Shown here: piece after piece, positions 1 through 10,947 of the stretch
Position numbering within the stretch: the first letter of the stretch is position 1
How the letters are laid out: each line of letters begins with the position of its first letter
Assembly (NCBI GenBank): GCA_023247795.1
Contig: JAHFFT010000008.1
Coordinates: 1,519 to 65,518, forward strand
Source: Candidatus Omnitrophota bacterium
Lineage (GTDB): Bacteria > Omnitrophota > Gorgyraeia > Zapsychrales > JANLHA01
Direction: 5' to 3'
DNA length: 64,000 bases
The notes under the pieces: generated by a model
Database searches by the model: none
What the model saw: the letters and a program-made list of their open reading frames with translations, nothing else
What the model was told of the DNA's origin: nothing
Position numbers and translations under genes: made by a program

Positions 1-360
1 GACATCCATGTCGTGAGCATTGTCTTGTCCGTCACCGTCGACATCCGTATCCTGCGCATTAGACGTTCCATCGCCATCGACATCCATGTCGTGAGCATTG
101 TCTTGTCCATCCCCATCAACATCCGTATCCTGCGCATTAGACGTTCCATCGCCATCGACATCCATGTCGTGAGCATTGTCTTGTCCATCACCGTCGACAT
201 CCATGTCATGAGCATTGTCTTGTCCATCACCATCAACATCCGTATCCTGCGCATTAGGAGTACCGTCACCATCGACATCCGTATCAGTCGCGTTAGGGGT
301 ACCATCTCCATCAATATCTGGATCTTGAGAATTGGGGATCCCATCGTTATCTGTATCTAG
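1..360. repeat. 36-bp (and 72-bp higher-order) tandem repeat encoding TSP3-like repeats
   Basis: Directly visible near-identical 36-nt units gacatccatgtcgtgagcattgtcttgtcc / atccccatcaacatccgtatcctgcgcattagacgttcc repeated at least 8 times. Confidence 0.85.
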
Positions 361-486
361 GACTGCAGATGGATTTGCCTGAGCAAAAACATACCTGGGG
401 ACAGAAAAAACAAACAATCTTAACATGAGAACCGAAACTAAAAGCACTTTTTGCCAATACTGCAATTTTTTAAAAGATTTCCACAT
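1..486 (-). CDS. Secreted protein with thrombospondin type-3-like Ca-binding repeats (N-terminal part only; gene runs off window start)
   Basis: Minus-strand ATG at 484-486 preceded by AAGGAGG SD; my translation gives MWKSFKKLQYWQKVLLVSVLMLRLFVFSVPRYVFAQA (signal peptide) then repeated DTDVDGDGQDNAHDMDVDGDGTSNAQ units (DxDxDGxxNAxD, period 12 aa). Not in ORF track because it has no in-window stop; plus-strand ORF 13..360 is its antisense. Confidence 0.6.
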   Translation of the reverse strand, partial: MWKSFKKLQYWQKVLLVSVLMLRLFVFSVPRYVFAQANPSAVLDTDNDGIPNSQDPDIDGDGTPNATDTDVDGDGTPNAQDTDVDGDGQDNAHDMDVDGDGQDNAHDMDVDGDGTSNAQDTDVDGDGQDNAHDMDVDGDGTSNAQDTDVDGDGQDNAHDMDV

Positions 487-878
487 ACAATTTCCTCCTT
501 ATTCACACTGGCTAGTTTCCGGATTTAATGTCTGCCCATCCCCACAAGTTGGTGTCTCAACTTGACTTGGGAACCTTACAAACTTTTCCATCCACATTCG
601 CCGCAAAGATAATCCTCTGTACTGAGAACCAACTTAACCCCTGGATTAACATGCAGATTAAGAATAGGTTTGACCATTTATTTTTTTAAAAATTTATTCT
701 GTAAGTTATTCGCTTTTTTATTGTTAGGTGAATTTATCCACGTATGTTAATTCTTGTAAACTACTCACCTCAAACAAATTTTGAGGGGTATAACACACCT
801 TGTCAAACATTTATTAATATTTTTACAACACACTTCTTTGTGGAAAAACCAATGCCGAGATCACCTTCTCTAATATAA

Positions 879-1709
879 TTATGGCAAATCATAGAGTCCA
901 TATCCGCCGAGAATCCAGCGAATGAGGATTTTCCCCCAAAACAAGCTGATCAATGCCCCAATAATAAGAAAGGGACCATAGGCAATGGCACTGTCTTTGG
1001 TGCGGATTTTCTCCACGATCCCGTAAACCGCCCCAAATAACGGCGCGATAAAAAAACTTAAAACCGCGTATTTCCATCCCAAGAAAGCACCAATCATCGC
1101 CATGAGTTTGACATCCCCTCCACCCATCGACTCCTTTTTAAAAATCAAATCGCCTATCAGCCCCATCAAATAAATCGATCCTCCACCAACAAGTGCCCCT
1201 AACAGCGACTGTCCGATGGAAACCGCGTGCGCCTGCCAGCCGGGATAAACAGCACGGTCTATTTCGTGCATCGCTGGAATGCATACGCTTAAAAACAGCC
1301 CGGCCATTGTCCCACCCATGCTTATCTCATCCGGGATGATCCGATGTTCAAAATCAACAAAGGTCGCCACAATGAACCCGCAGACCATGACCAAGTAGGC
1401 GGCTAGCAAAAGCGACAAATGAAAATGATTGTAAAATCCAACAAAGGTCAGTGCGGTCAAAAGCTCAACAAAAAAGTAGCGAAAGCTGATTGTCTTCCCG
1501 CAGGTAAAGCACCGTCCCTTTAAAAAAAGAAAACTCAACAAAGGAATGTTAAAATACCAGGCAAGTGGATTTTTGCAGTGCGGACAATGCGACGGCGGAT
1601 AAACAATCGATTTCTCAAGCGGCATACGCACGATACAGACATTCAAAAAACTCCCCACCACCGCACCAAGTATAAAAATGGTCGTCACAACAAAATCACT
1701 CTCGGTCAC
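879..1709 (-). CDS. pilD: Prepilin (type IV leader) peptidase, A24 family
   Basis: 276-aa multi-TM protein with N-terminal CxxC...CxxC zinc motif (CPHCKNPLAW...CFTCGKTI) and GGGDVKL catalytic-region motif typical of PilD/GspO. Confidence 0.8.
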   Translation of the reverse strand: MTESDFVVTTIFILGAVVGSFLNVCIVRMPLEKSIVYPPSHCPHCKNPLAWYFNIPLLSFLFLKGRCFTCGKTISFRYFFVELLTALTFVGFYNHFHLSLLLAAYLVMVCGFIVATFVDFEHRIIPDEISMGGTMAGLFLSVCIPAMHEIDRAVYPGWQAHAVSIGQSLLGALVGGGSIYLMGLIGDLIFKKESMGGGDVKLMAMIGAFLGWKYAVLSFFIAPLFGAVYGIVEKIRTKDSAIAYGPFLIIGALISLFWGKILIRWILGGYGLYDLP

Positions 1710-1806
1710 GCAGCGGCTCCTTTTTCTACTGACTTTCCCAAAATTAATGAAACATCATTGTCGTCAGTATCTCGACCTACGCTTTCTAAATAATCAATTC
1801 CATCAT

Positions 1807-2667
1807 TTATGCGTAGGTCAATAAACTGCGGCGCATCTTTTGCTTGATCTTCGTATCCAACGGCATACCAGACCAATGTTGAAAAGATAAAACCCCCTGA
1901 TAAAACAACAATCCCAAACCATTCGCGGTTTTTGCCCCGGCCGCCTGCGCGAGCTTCAACAACGGTGTCAACGCAGGTCGATAGATCACGTCATAAACCA
2001 ACATGTCGGAATGAATGAGCGAATCATCAACCAAACAAGGATCATCAGAATGCAACCCAACCGAGGTCGTATTGATCAAAAGATCAGCCAATTCAATATT
2101 GAGATCATCGATGCTCGCCTCAACAGTAACCAACCCAACGTCCATCCGCTTTCCCAAATCCGCCACCAATCCTTTTGCCTTTTGATGCGTGCGGTTATAA
2201 AGATGGATCGACTCCGGACGTTCTGGCAAAAGGCAAAGTGCGGTGAGGATCGACCGGGCCGTGCCACCAGCACCTAAAACAACAATCCGTTTGCCTTTCA
2301 CATCAAATTGCAATTCCGCCAGATGAGCAAGAAACCCTGCTCCGTCGGTATTATGTCCAGTCAAATGCCGGTCGGGCTCGACCACGATGGTGTTGACCGC
2401 CATGGCCTTCTGCGCGAACGGGCTCAGCGCGTCCAGGAAAGGGATCACTTTTTCTTTATAGGGGACGGTGACGTTTAAACCAAAAATCGGGGAATTTGTC
2501 TTACGAACATCTTTTAGAAAGGACTCAACCTCGTCTTCTTCAAGGGGAAACAATTGATAGACCGCGTCGACGGCCAAGGCCTTGAAAGCCGTGTTATGCA
2601 TGACCGGAGACAACGAATGCTTGACCGGGTTGCCGATGATACCGTACGTTAATTTTTGTTCCGGCAT
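1807..2667 (-). CDS. aroE: Shikimate dehydrogenase
   Basis: GIIGNPVKHSLSPVMHN...NTDGAGF...VLGAGGTARS motifs. ORF track start at 2811 is an N-terminal extension overlapping leuA; ATG at 2665-2667 (MPEQKL) gives a normal-length protein and sits 14 nt after the leuA stop. Confidence 0.85.
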   Translation of the reverse strand: MPEQKLTYGIIGNPVKHSLSPVMHNTAFKALAVDAVYQLFPLEEDEVESFLKDVRKTNSPIFGLNVTVPYKEKVIPFLDALSPFAQKAMAVNTIVVEPDRHLTGHNTDGAGFLAHLAELQFDVKGKRIVVLGAGGTARSILTALCLLPERPESIHLYNRTHQKAKGLVADLGKRMDVGLVTVEASIDDLNIELADLLINTTSVGLHSDDPCLVDDSLIHSDMLVYDVIYRPALTPLLKLAQAAGAKTANGLGLLFYQGVLSFQHWSGMPLDTKIKQKMRRSLLTYA

Positions 2668-2680
2668 AAGAAAGGGACCA

Positions 2681-4195
2681 TTACCCTTCTTGCGCGATGA
2701 CCTTATTGATCGCGTTGATATACGCGTTGGCCGAAGCCACAATGATATCGGTGCTCGTCCCATGCGCGATGACATTCTTGCCGTTGATTTTAACTTTGAT
2801 CGTGACCTCACCTAAGGCGTCTTTACCACGACTCACCGACTGGATGGAATAATCCAGCAGCTCCCCCTTCACCTTTGTCAGCCCATCAATGGCTTTATAA
2901 CAGGCGTCAACCGGGCCGTCTCCGGAAGAGCTCATCTTGTGGACCTTTCCCTTGGACCGCAAAGTCACCTCGACTTGCGGCAGGATCTTTGCGCCACTGG
3001 TTGTCACCAAATCAACCAGCGTCCAAATTTGTTTATCAACCTTGATTTCGTCCTCGACGATCGCGAAAAGGTCTTCATCATAAACGTGCTTTTTTTGATC
3101 GGCCAAATTTTTAAATCGGCCAAAGGCCTGGGCCAATTGTTCTTCACTCACATCAATCCCCAACGCCTTCAGCCGAACTTTAAAGGCATGGCGGCCGGAA
3201 TGTTTGCCCAAAACCAATCCCGTTTCCATAAACCCAACGTCCTCAGGACGCATGATCTCATAGGTCGAACGTTCCTTTAAGACCCCGTCCTGATGGATCC
3301 CAGATTCATGCCGAAAGGCATTGGCTCCGACGATCGCTTTGTTCGGTGGGACGACAAATCCGGTCAAGCGGCTGACCAAACGGGATATTTTATGGATCTC
3401 CTTGGTCTTGATATTAGTTGATACTCCATAAAAATCCTGACGTGTTTTTAACGCCATAACAATTTCTTCCATCGAAGCATTGCCGGCCCGCTCACCAATG
3501 CCGTTCACCGTGCACTCGACCTGCCGAGCACCGTTCTTGACCGCCGACAACGAATTGCCAACCGCGAGGCCCAGATCATCATGACAATGAACAGAAATCA
3601 CGGCCTTGTTGATATTGGGAACGTTATTTTTGATGTCCGCGATCAATTGACCATATTCCTGCGGTGTGCTGTATCCGACGGTGTCTGGGATATTCACGGT
3701 CTTAGCGCCAGCCTTGATCACATTTTCAATAATGCGGTATAAAAAATCCTTTTCGGAACGAGAAGCGTCTTCCGGTGAAAATTCAACATCTGCAATTTTC
3801 TTCTTGGCATACTTGACCGCCTCGACCGCCATCTCCAAAATCTCATCTTTGCTTTTTTTAAGCTTGTGCTCCAGATGGATCTTCGACGTCGCTAAAAACA
3901 CATGGATTCGCCCCTGCTCTGCCACCTTGACCGCGTTATACGCCGCATCAATGTCTTCTTTTTTCGAACGGGCCAGACCGCAGACGATAGAGCGCTTGAT
4001 TTTTTTGGCCACTTGAAGGACTGAGTTAAAATCACCGGTTGAACTGACCGGAAAACCAGCTTCAATGATATCAACGCCCAAACGTTCCAGACAATAGGCG
4101 ATTTCCAGCTTTTCACTTTCGTTCATGCTAGCACCCGGCGCCTGCTCGCCGTCGCGCAGGGTGGTGTCGAAGATATAGACGTGGTCGGGTTTCAT
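2681..4195 (-). CDS. leuA: 2-isopropylmalate synthase
   Basis: 504 aa; [13 protein letters not shown]..., [15 protein letters not shown]-terminal LeuA regulatory domain. Confidence 0.9.
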   Translation of the reverse strand: MKPDHVYIFDTTLRDGEQAPGASMNESEKLEIAYCLERLGVDIIEAGFPVSSTGDFNSVLQVAKKIKRSIVCGLARSKKEDIDAAYNAVKVAEQGRIHVFLATSKIHLEHKLKKSKDEILEMAVEAVKYAKKKIADVEFSPEDASRSEKDFLYRIIENVIKAGAKTVNIPDTVGYSTPQEYGQLIADIKNNVPNINKAVISVHCHDDLGLAVGNSLSAVKNGARQVECTVNGIGERAGNASMEEIVMALKTRQDFYGVSTNIKTKEIHKISRLVSRLTGFVVPPNKAIVGANAFRHESGIHQDGVLKERSTYEIMRPEDVGFMETGLVLGKHSGRHAFKVRLKALGIDVSEEQLAQAFGRFKNLADQKKHVYDEDLFAIVEDEIKVDKQIWTLVDLVTTSGAKILPQVEVTLRSKGKVHKMSSSGDGPVDACYKAIDGLTKVKGELLDYSIQSVSRGKDALGEVTIKVKINGKNVIAHGTSTDIIVASANAYINAINKVIAQEG

Positions 4196-4270
4196 TTTGG
4201 AGTCTCAGGTTGCATGTCTCAGGTCTCAAGTAAATTGTTGACTTGAGACTTGAAACTTGCGACTTGTCAC
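4196..4270. repeat. Intergenic palindromic element, CAAGT-heptad / GTCTCAAGT...ACTTGAGAC family, copy 1
   Basis: Between ilvC stop and leuA start: 9-bp inverted repeat gtctcaagt/acttgagac plus four tandem CAAGTnn heptads (minus-strand gacaagtcgcaagtttcaagtctcaagtca). Confidence 0.6.
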
Positions 4271-5263
4271 TTACTTTTTTATCCAAGAAAACATGTTTCT
4301 CAGCTGCGGTCCGATCTTTTCAATCGAGTGCTGCTCCCCATCTTTGCGCAATTGACTGAATTTGGGCCGGCCCAACTTATTTTCGCGGATCCACTCGCGA
4401 GCAAATTTTCCTGATTGAACTTCTTTTAAGATCTTCTGCATTTCTTTACGCGTGCGTTCGGTGATGATCCGCGGCCCGCGCGTGCAGTCGCCGTATTCGG
4501 CGGTGTCTGAAACGCGTTTGCGCATACCGGTAATGCCATCTTCATAAATCAAATCCACGATCAATTTCAATTCATGCAGACATTCGAAATAAGCGATTTC
4601 CGGCTGATATCCAGCGTCGACCAGGGTTTGGAAACCCGCGCGGATCAGCTCACTGGTCCCACCGCACAGCACGGCCTGCTCGCCAAAAAGATCGGTCTCG
4701 GTTTCTTCTTTAAAAGTGGTTTCAATAACACCGGCACGGGTCCCGCCGATTCCGCGGGCGTAAGCCAACGCGTCTTTTAAGGCATGCCCGCTGGCATCCT
4801 GATGAATCGCCACCAAACAGGGCACTCCCTTACCTTGTTCAAATTCGCGACGGACCAAAGACCCCGGACCTTTGGGGGCGATCATCCACACATCCACATC
4901 CGTCGGTGGAACAATCTGTTTGAAATGGATATTGAACCCATGAGAAAAAACCAACGTCTTTCCCGCTTTCAAATTCCGTCGGATTGCTTTTTTGTAAAGC
5001 TCCGCTTGAACGTGATCCTGGGTTAGAATCTGAATGATGTCGGCTTTCTTTGCTGCTGTGGCGGCATCGACGGGCTTGAAGCCATCTGCCACGGCCCGAT
5101 CATAGTTGGCAGAACCTTCTCTTTGCGCGACAATCACATTGAGACCACTCTCTCGCAAATTGAGCGCCTGACCGCGGCCTTGGATCCCGTAGCCAACAAT
5201 CGCGATGATTCTCCCTTTCAATTGATTCAAGTCCGCGTCTTTGTCGTAATAAATTTTTACCAT
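4271..5263 (-). CDS. ilvC: Ketol-acid reductoisomerase
   Basis: 330 aa; N-terminal [17 protein letters not shown] Rossmann motif and IlvC C-terminal domain. Confidence 0.9.
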   Translation of the reverse strand: MVKIYYDKDADLNQLKGRIIAIVGYGIQGRGQALNLRESGLNVIVAQREGSANYDRAVADGFKPVDAATAAKKADIIQILTQDHVQAELYKKAIRRNLKAGKTLVFSHGFNIHFKQIVPPTDVDVWMIAPKGPGSLVRREFEQGKGVPCLVAIHQDASGHALKDALAYARGIGGTRAGVIETTFKEETETDLFGEQAVLCGGTSELIRAGFQTLVDAGYQPEIAYFECLHELKLIVDLIYEDGITGMRKRVSDTAEYGDCTRGPRIITERTRKEMQKILKEVQSGKFAREWIRENKLGRPKFSQLRKDGEQHSIEKIGPQLRNMFSWIKK

Positions 5264-5273
5264 GACTCCTCCT

Positions 5274-6245
5274 TTATCTCAACAACTCCAATATTCGAAG
5301 ATATTCACCGATATGCTTTTCTGGCATTTTACACGCTTGCACCAAATTGACAATATTAATTTCGTCCTGCAAAACCCCAACCGCCTTCCCATATTCTCCG
5401 TCCAGCAAAAGCTCAACCGCTTGAACACCCAGCCGGGTCGCCAAAATCCGATCTGCCGCAACCGGCGTTCCTCCTCGCTGCACATGCCCTAAAACCACAA
5501 ACCGTGTCTCCAAACCCGATAACTGTTCGATTTTTGCGGCCACGTCAGGGGCCTTGGCCGCCCCTTCCGCCACAATGATGATCCAACTGACTTTTCCTTT
5601 TCGGTGTCCCGCTTTGATCTTCTTGATCATCGACGGATAATCAAAGGAACGCTCCGGGATCAAGACGTCCTCCGCGCCTGCCCCCAAAGCCACTTGCAAG
5701 GCGATATAACCGGATTTATTGCCCATGACCTCGACGACAAAAATCCGTTCCATGCTCTGAATGGTATCACGGATTTTATCGATCGATTCAAGTGCGGTAT
5801 TGACCGCGGTGGCACATCCGATCGTTTGATCGGTCCCGTAAAGATCATTATCGATCGTTCCCGGAAGTGTTACGATGGGGAATTGAAATTTCTCATGCAA
5901 AATTTGCGCGCCGCGATAAGAGCCATCACCGCCAATGACGATCAACCCGTCAATATGATGTTTTTTTAAAGTCGCAACCGCCATCTTTTCCCCTTTGTCG
6001 GTCTTAAACTTCTCGGAACGCGCCGTCTTTAAAATCGTGCCCCCTCGATTGATGATGTTGGAAACATCCCGATGCCCTAACGAAACTACTTCATCGTCGA
6101 TCAATCCCTGATACCCGCGAATAATACCAGCGACTTCCATCCCACGCGAATCGGCGGTACGCACAACGGCACGGATCGCCGCGTTCATCCCCGGCCCATC
6201 CCCGCCAGATGTCAGAACCCCAATTCTTTTCATTTGCTGTGTCAT
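5274..6245 (-). CDS. pfkA: ATP-dependent 6-phosphofructokinase
   Basis: 323 aa; [35 protein letters not shown] motifs. Confidence 0.9.
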   Translation of the reverse strand: MTQQMKRIGVLTSGGDGPGMNAAIRAVVRTADSRGMEVAGIIRGYQGLIDDEVVSLGHRDVSNIINRGGTILKTARSEKFKTDKGEKMAVATLKKHHIDGLIVIGGDGSYRGAQILHEKFQFPIVTLPGTIDNDLYGTDQTIGCATAVNTALESIDKIRDTIQSMERIFVVEVMGNKSGYIALQVALGAGAEDVLIPERSFDYPSMIKKIKAGHRKGKVSWIIIVAEGAAKAPDVAAKIEQLSGLETRFVVLGHVQRGGTPVAADRILATRLGVQAVELLLDGEYGKAVGVLQDEINIVNLVQACKMPEKHIGEYLRILELLR

Positions 6246-6289
6246 AATTCACTTGCGATCAAAATTATCAGTCGAGGGCTAAGCCCATG

Positions 6290-6415
6290 AGTTGAATGCG
6301 AACCCCAAGTAGAACGAGGGGTTCGTTGAAATAAATGGGTTTTACCATCGACGAACGACGACGATTAAGGTCACAAAAGTTTATTCAGCAAAAGGTCATT
6401 AACAACAGCCCTATC
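6290..6415. repeat. Left copy of ~110-bp imperfect direct repeat flanking low-GC insertion
   Basis: cgttgaaataaatgggttttaccatcgacgaacgacgacgattaaggtcacaaaagtttattcagcaaaaggtcattaacaacagccct aligns at ~70-75% identity with 8150-8290. Confidence 0.6.
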
Positions 6416-6440
6416 ATATGACAGTTCCGCTTATGAACAT

Positions 6441-7625
6441 TTAAAACACTTTATCCATATCGAAATAATTGAGACACTGACAGCCTTCTCTATAGTTCAG
6501 TATAGTTTCTCCTCGATAAATTAAAATATCGCGAATTTGCATTTTGCGCCGCTGTTTCTGACTTTCTAATTCCTCTACTTTCAAAAGACTCTTAAACATT
6601 GCGGGCTTTGGCGTCTCCGTACTTTTTATTTCAATTAAGCGACTGAAATTTTTCGTCAAATTTTCGATAATGAGATCAACTTCAATGCCTAAATTTGTCC
6701 GAAAATAAAACAGCTGATCCTTCAAGCCGTGATGCAAAATCCATTTCTTTATTTCAGCAACAATATAATTCTCAAAAATCGGTCCGTCGAGCGGGCCTTT
6801 ATGCAACACAGTTTTATCTTCAATACCCGTAAAATAACAGACTAACCCCGTATCATAAAAATACAATTTGGGCCGCTTGACGATTCTCTTTCCTAAATTT
6901 TTATGATAAGAAGGAACAAGGAAAATGATATAGCTGGCTTCCAGAATGGAAATCCAATTTTGCACCGTTCTCACCGTCACGCCGATATCATTGGCCAGGG
7001 CAGCCGTATTCAATTCCTGGGAAACGCGGGCCGCCAATAGCTTGACCAGCCGTTGAAAGTCACTTAAGTTACCGACATTGCTGATATTGCGGACATCTCG
7101 TTCAATATAATGATTGATATACGCCCCATACCATTGATACGTATTTTCATATTTCAGATGAACAAGCTCCGGATAACTCCCTTTAAGAATCTGATCCTTG
7201 CGCCACCTCTCAGGAAGTTCATACAAATGGAACGGCAGTAATGATAATGAGCCAATACGTCCAGCCAAACTTTCTGTGATTTGCTTAATTAATGTGAATT
7301 GGCTGGACCCAGTTAATATAAAATTCCCGTAATTGTGTCGGTCATTATCGATAGCCATTTTTAAATAATTGAATAACAGCGGCGCTTTCTGGGCTTCATC
7401 AAAAATGACTTTATTCCCATACTTATTCATAAATCCTTTTGGGTCCTGGGTCAGATAATCAATTGTCAAAGGATCGTCAAAGGTGACATAGACATATTTA
7501 TCTCCAAACATTTCCTGCAAGGTTGTGGATTTGCCTGATTGTCGCGGGCCGGTTAAACTCACGGCAGGGAATATTTTGAGATATTCACGAAGGGTTTTTT
7601 CTATATGACGAGGAATGTATTCCAT
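6441..7625 (-). CDS. AAA+ ATPase with C-terminal DUF4143-like domain
   Basis: 394 aa; Walker A GPRQSGKST, Walker B VIFDEAQ, typical ~390-aa AAA_14+DUF4143 layout. Markedly AT-rich relative to neighbours. Confidence 0.65.
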   Translation of the reverse strand: MEYIPRHIEKTLREYLKIFPAVSLTGPRQSGKSTTLQEMFGDKYVYVTFDDPLTIDYLTQDPKGFMNKYGNKVIFDEAQKAPLLFNYLKMAIDNDRHNYGNFILTGSSQFTLIKQITESLAGRIGSLSLLPFHLYELPERWRKDQILKGSYPELVHLKYENTYQWYGAYINHYIERDVRNISNVGNLSDFQRLVKLLAARVSQELNTAALANDIGVTVRTVQNWISILEASYIIFLVPSYHKNLGKRIVKRPKLYFYDTGLVCYFTGIEDKTVLHKGPLDGPIFENYIVAEIKKWILHHGLKDQLFYFRTNLGIEVDLIIENLTKNFSRLIEIKSTETPKPAMFKSLLKVEELESQKQRRKMQIRDILIYRGETILNYREGCQCLNYFDMDKVF

Positions 7626-7816
7626 AAATGAAATATACCATACAATTATATACTGTCAATCCATATTTGTATATATTTTATAAAAAAGTCAACCTTACAT
7701 ATTTGCAATAATAAAATTTTTAGACGGTTTTAACCCCGGCATGGCACTTTTAGACGCCACCACCTTATTTCCAAAAAATCACTCGCTACAGCCACTGATG
7801 AACTCCTTAACATCAA

Positions 7817-8053
7817 TTACTTTTTTTCAGGAGCACATGAAATTTGCACTGACTCCCCTGCTAAGGAACTACAATAATACTTTTGGCCATTGCATTCAGC
7901 AGTCCAACTACGCTCCGTCGTCCAAAAATTATATTTTTCATTTGTTATCGTTATTGCTTGTGGTGGGCAACCAACATATCCAGATGATCTTGTTTGCAGA
8001 TTTGCGCAACCAGCAAGAGCAATAAAACTAATGACCCCTAACAATATTTTCAT
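7817..8053 (-). CDS. Small cysteine-rich lipoprotein (hypothetical)
   Basis: MKILLGVISFIALAGC lipobox; strong SD AGGAGG 6 nt upstream of ATG at 8051-8053. ORF-track start 8134 is an unlikely extension. Confidence 0.45.
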   Translation of the reverse strand: MKILLGVISFIALAGCANLQTRSSGYVGCPPQAITITNEKYNFWTTERSWTAECNGQKYYCSSLAGESVQISCAPEKK

Positions 8054-8149
8054 TGATAACCTCCTATGTTGTTCATTATTGATAGAAACAGCGTCTATTT
8101 CGGAATTTCCTCTAACTGGTACCGGTCGAGGCAAAACTTATGAGGGGAA

Positions 8150-8290
8150 TTGGAGCCGCAGGCTCCGTTGACACGAATGAGTTTTGCCTCGACAAACGAT
8201 GGCGACTACGGTCACAAAGGTTTAATCAGCGGCAAGTCAATAACAGTAACCAACTATAATCACTTCTTAGGAACAGCCCTTTAAAAATCA
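8150..8290. repeat. Right copy of ~110-bp imperfect direct repeat flanking low-GC insertion
   Basis: cgttgacacgaatgagttttgcctcgacaaacgatggcgactacggtcacaaaggtttaatcagcggcaagtcaataacag...gaacagccct; homologous to 6290-6415. Confidence 0.6.
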
Positions 8291-8370
8291 GTCTCCAACG
8301 AGCCCCAGAAAAAATCACAAAGCCACAAGAATGATCCTGCGACTTTGTGACTTGTATTCTTGCGACTTAA

Positions 8371-9720
8371 TCAATACCGATAATGTTCTGGCTTATACGG
8401 GCCTTCGGTCTTAACTCCGATATATTTCGCCTGCTTGGGAGTTAACTCGTCGAGATCAACGCCGATTTTCTGCAAATGCAAACGCGCCACCTTCTCATCA
8501 AGCAACTTCGGCATCATATAAACCTTGTTCTCATACTTGGCACTGTTTTTAAACAACTCGATCTGAGCCATCACCTGATTAGTAAACGAATTGCTCATCA
8601 CAAACGACGGATGTCCAGTCGCGCAACCCAAATTGACCAGTCGCCCTTCCGCCAAAACAATGATCCGTTTTCCGTCGGGATAAATATACTGATCCACTTG
8701 CGGCTTGATGTTTTCCTTTTTGATGTCTTTGCGTTTGTTCAAATAAGCGATATCAATTTCCAAATCAAAATGACCAATGTTGCAGACGATAACGTTATCT
8801 TTCATCATGTCCAAATGCCGGCCCAGAATCACATCGCAGCAGCCGGTCGTGGTGACAAAAATGTCGCCCATCTTTGCCGCCTGGTCCATTTTCATGACCT
8901 TATAACCTTCCATAGCCGCCTGCAAAGCACAGATCGGATCGATTTCGGTGATCAAAACCCGGCCGCCCATTCCCTTCAAGGCCTGGCTACATCCCTTCCC
9001 GACGTCACCGTACCCAGCCACGACGCAAACCTTGCCGGCAATCATCACATCGGTCGCCCGTTTGATCCCATCGATCAAAGATTCTCGGCAGCCGTAAAGA
9101 TTATCAAATTTGGACTTAGTCACGGAATCATTGACGTTGATCGCCGGGACTTTCAATGTTCCGGCCTTGACCATCTCCGCCAGCCGATGCACACCGGTCG
9201 TGGTTTCTTCGGAAACTCCGCGGATATCTTTCAACAATTCCGAAAATTTCTCATGCACCAGCTGTGTTAAATCACCGCCGTCATCTAAGAGCATATTCGG
9301 GCCCTTCCCATCCGGCCATTTGAGCGTCTGATCAATGCACCAATAATACTCTTCTTCGGTCTCCCCTTTCCAGGCAAAAACCGGGATCCCTTTGGCCGCT
9401 AAAGCCGCTGCCGCGTGATCCTGGGTGGAAAAAATATTGCACGATGACCAACGCACCTGGGCCCCTAACTCCATCAACGTTTCAATCAAGACCGCGGTCT
9501 GGATGGTCATGTGAATGCAGCCGGTGATGCGCGCCCCCTTCAACGGTTTCTGCGACGCATGATCTTTGCGCAAGGACATCAATCCCGGCATTTCACTCTC
9601 GGCAATTGTGATTTCTTTTCGTCCCCATTCGGCTAAGGACATATCTTTGACTTTATACCCACGGCTCGACGCAGTCGTTGACTTCATCTTTTCCCCTTTA
9701 TTTTTTTTTGAATTGGACAC
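8371..9720 (-). CDS. ahcY: Adenosylhomocysteinase
   Basis: 449 aa; NAD-binding [11 protein letters not shown] hydrolase signatures ([23 protein letters not shown]). True start may be Met12. Confidence 0.9.
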   Translation of the reverse strand: MSNSKKNKGEKMKSTTASSRGYKVKDMSLAEWGRKEITIAESEMPGLMSLRKDHASQKPLKGARITGCIHMTIQTAVLIETLMELGAQVRWSSCNIFSTQDHAAAALAAKGIPVFAWKGETEEEYYWCIDQTLKWPDGKGPNMLLDDGGDLTQLVHEKFSELLKDIRGVSEETTTGVHRLAEMVKAGTLKVPAINVNDSVTKSKFDNLYGCRESLIDGIKRATDVMIAGKVCVVAGYGDVGKGCSQALKGMGGRVLITEIDPICALQAAMEGYKVMKMDQAAKMGDIFVTTTGCCDVILGRHLDMMKDNVIVCNIGHFDLEIDIAYLNKRKDIKKENIKPQVDQYIYPDGKRIIVLAEGRLVNLGCATGHPSFVMSNSFTNQVMAQIELFKNSAKYENKVYMMPKLLDEKVARLHLQKIGVDLDELTPKQAKYIGVKTEGPYKPEHYRY

Positions 9721-9783
9721 GGTGGATGACCACAGCTTTGTTATCTCAAGGGTGTGCCTAACACACCCGAGGTTAATACTTTT

Positions 9784-10947
9784 TTAGGCGACCGCCATGA
9801 TTTCTTTTTCCAGACGCGCGGCCTTATCCGTTTTCTCCCAACTGAATTCACTTCGCCCAAAATGACCATAAGCCGCTGTATTTTGATAAATCGGCCTCAG
9901 CAGATCCAGTTCCTTGATGATCCCGCGGGGAGTTAAATTGAAATTCCGACGGACAACCTCAACCAATTTTTGTTCGGAAACATTGCCAGTGCCAAAGGTA
10001 TCAATCATGACACTGACCGGTTCGGCCTTTCCGATCGCGTAACCCAGTTGGATCCAGCATTTCTTCGCCAACTTAGCAGCGACGATATTCTTCGCGACAT
10101 AGCGGGCCATATAGGTCGCGGAACGATCGACTTTGCTGGGATCTTTTCCAGAAAAAGCGCCCCCACCATGAGAAACCACACCGCCATACGTATCGACAAC
10201 GATCTTGCGTCCGGTGACCCCGGTATCTGACTGCGGGCCGCCAATGACAAATTTTCCGGTTTCATTGACATAAAATTTGGTTTTTTCATCAATAAGGTCT
10301 TTGACGATCGGCATCGCGACCGTATCAATGATCTCGCGCTTTGAATCTTCAGTAATCCGTTTTCCCGACGAGTCAAGGATTTCATCCGTATGCTGACAGG
10401 CCAACACAACCGTATCAACGCGCTGCGGGACATCATCTTCATATTCAACAGTCACCTGACTCTTACAATCCGGGCCTAGATAATGCAATATTTTTTCTTT
10501 ACGAACCTGCTCAACCCGACGAACCAAGCGATGCGCGAGCATGATCGGCAGCGGCATCAATTCCGGAGTTTCATCGCAAGCATATCCGATCATGATCCCT
10601 TGATCACCAGCACCCCCGGCATCCACTCCCTGGGCGATGTCCGGCGACTGCGAATTGATGGCGTTCAAAATGGCCGCGGTATCGGCATTGAATCCGTACT
10701 TTTGGTGGGTATATCCGATGTCGGTTAAAACTTTTCTCACCAATTTATGAACATCCACATAAGACGTAGTAGTGATTTCACCGCCGACAATCACGAGCCC
10801 CATCGAAATGAACGTCTCGCAGGCAACCCTTCCCTTTGGGTCTTCTTTAAAAATCGAATCCAACACCGCGTCGGAAATTTGATCACAGACTTTATCCGGA
10901 TGACCGTTCCCTACTGATTCTGAAGTAAAAAAGTATTGTCCTTTCAC
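9784..10947 (-). CDS. metK: S-adenosylmethionine synthetase
   Basis: 387 aa; [28 protein letters not shown] motifs. Confidence 0.9.
   Translation of the reverse strand: MKGQYFFTSESVGNGHPDKVCDQISDAVLDSIFKEDPKGRVACETFISMGLVIVGGEITTTSYVDVHKLVRKVLTDIGYTHQKYGFNADTAAILNAINSQSPDIAQGVDAGGAGDQGIMIGYACDETPELMPLPIMLAHRLVRRVEQVRKEKILHYLGPDCKSQVTVEYEDDVPQRVDTVVLACQHTDEILDSSGKRITEDSKREIIDTVAMPIVKDLIDEKTKFYVNETGKFVIGGPQSDTGVTGRKIVVDTYGGVVSHGGGAFSGKDPSKVDRSATYMARYVAKNIVAAKLAKKCWIQLGYAIGKAEPVSVMIDTFGTGNVSEQKLVEVVRRNFNLTPRGIIKELDLLRPIYQNTAAYGHFGRSEFSWEKTDKAARLEKEIMAVA

Noticed and set aside
13-360. Plus-strand 115-aa ORF (MSIVLSVTVDIRILRIRR...)
   Set aside because: Low-complexity antisense reading of the TSP3 repeat array. 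The minus-strand frame gives a coherent signal peptide plus DxDxDG repeats with an SD-preceded ATG.
2668-2811. ORF-track N-terminal extensions of aroE, and similarly of lpxB (21667-21813), the oxidoreductase (20759-20845), the MsbA-like gene (20753-20899) and the lipoprotein (8054-8134)
   Set aside because: The extensions overlap neighbouring genes or lack homology. Internal ATGs give family-typical N-termini.
7741-8171. Small overlapping plus-strand ORFs of 93-94 aa in the AT-rich island
   Set aside because: They overlap the SD-supported minus-strand lipoprotein gene, have no motifs, and the AT-rich sequence inflates ORF length.
8476-9270. 264-aa plus-strand ORF antisense to ahcY. Similar long antisense ORFs are 16581-17180 vs pyrH, 14437-14979 vs yvcK, 12482-12850 vs ptsI, 26391-27045 vs batC and 61314-61847 vs giant 2.
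   Set aside because: They are shadow ORFs opposite strongly supported conserved genes and have no recognisable motifs.
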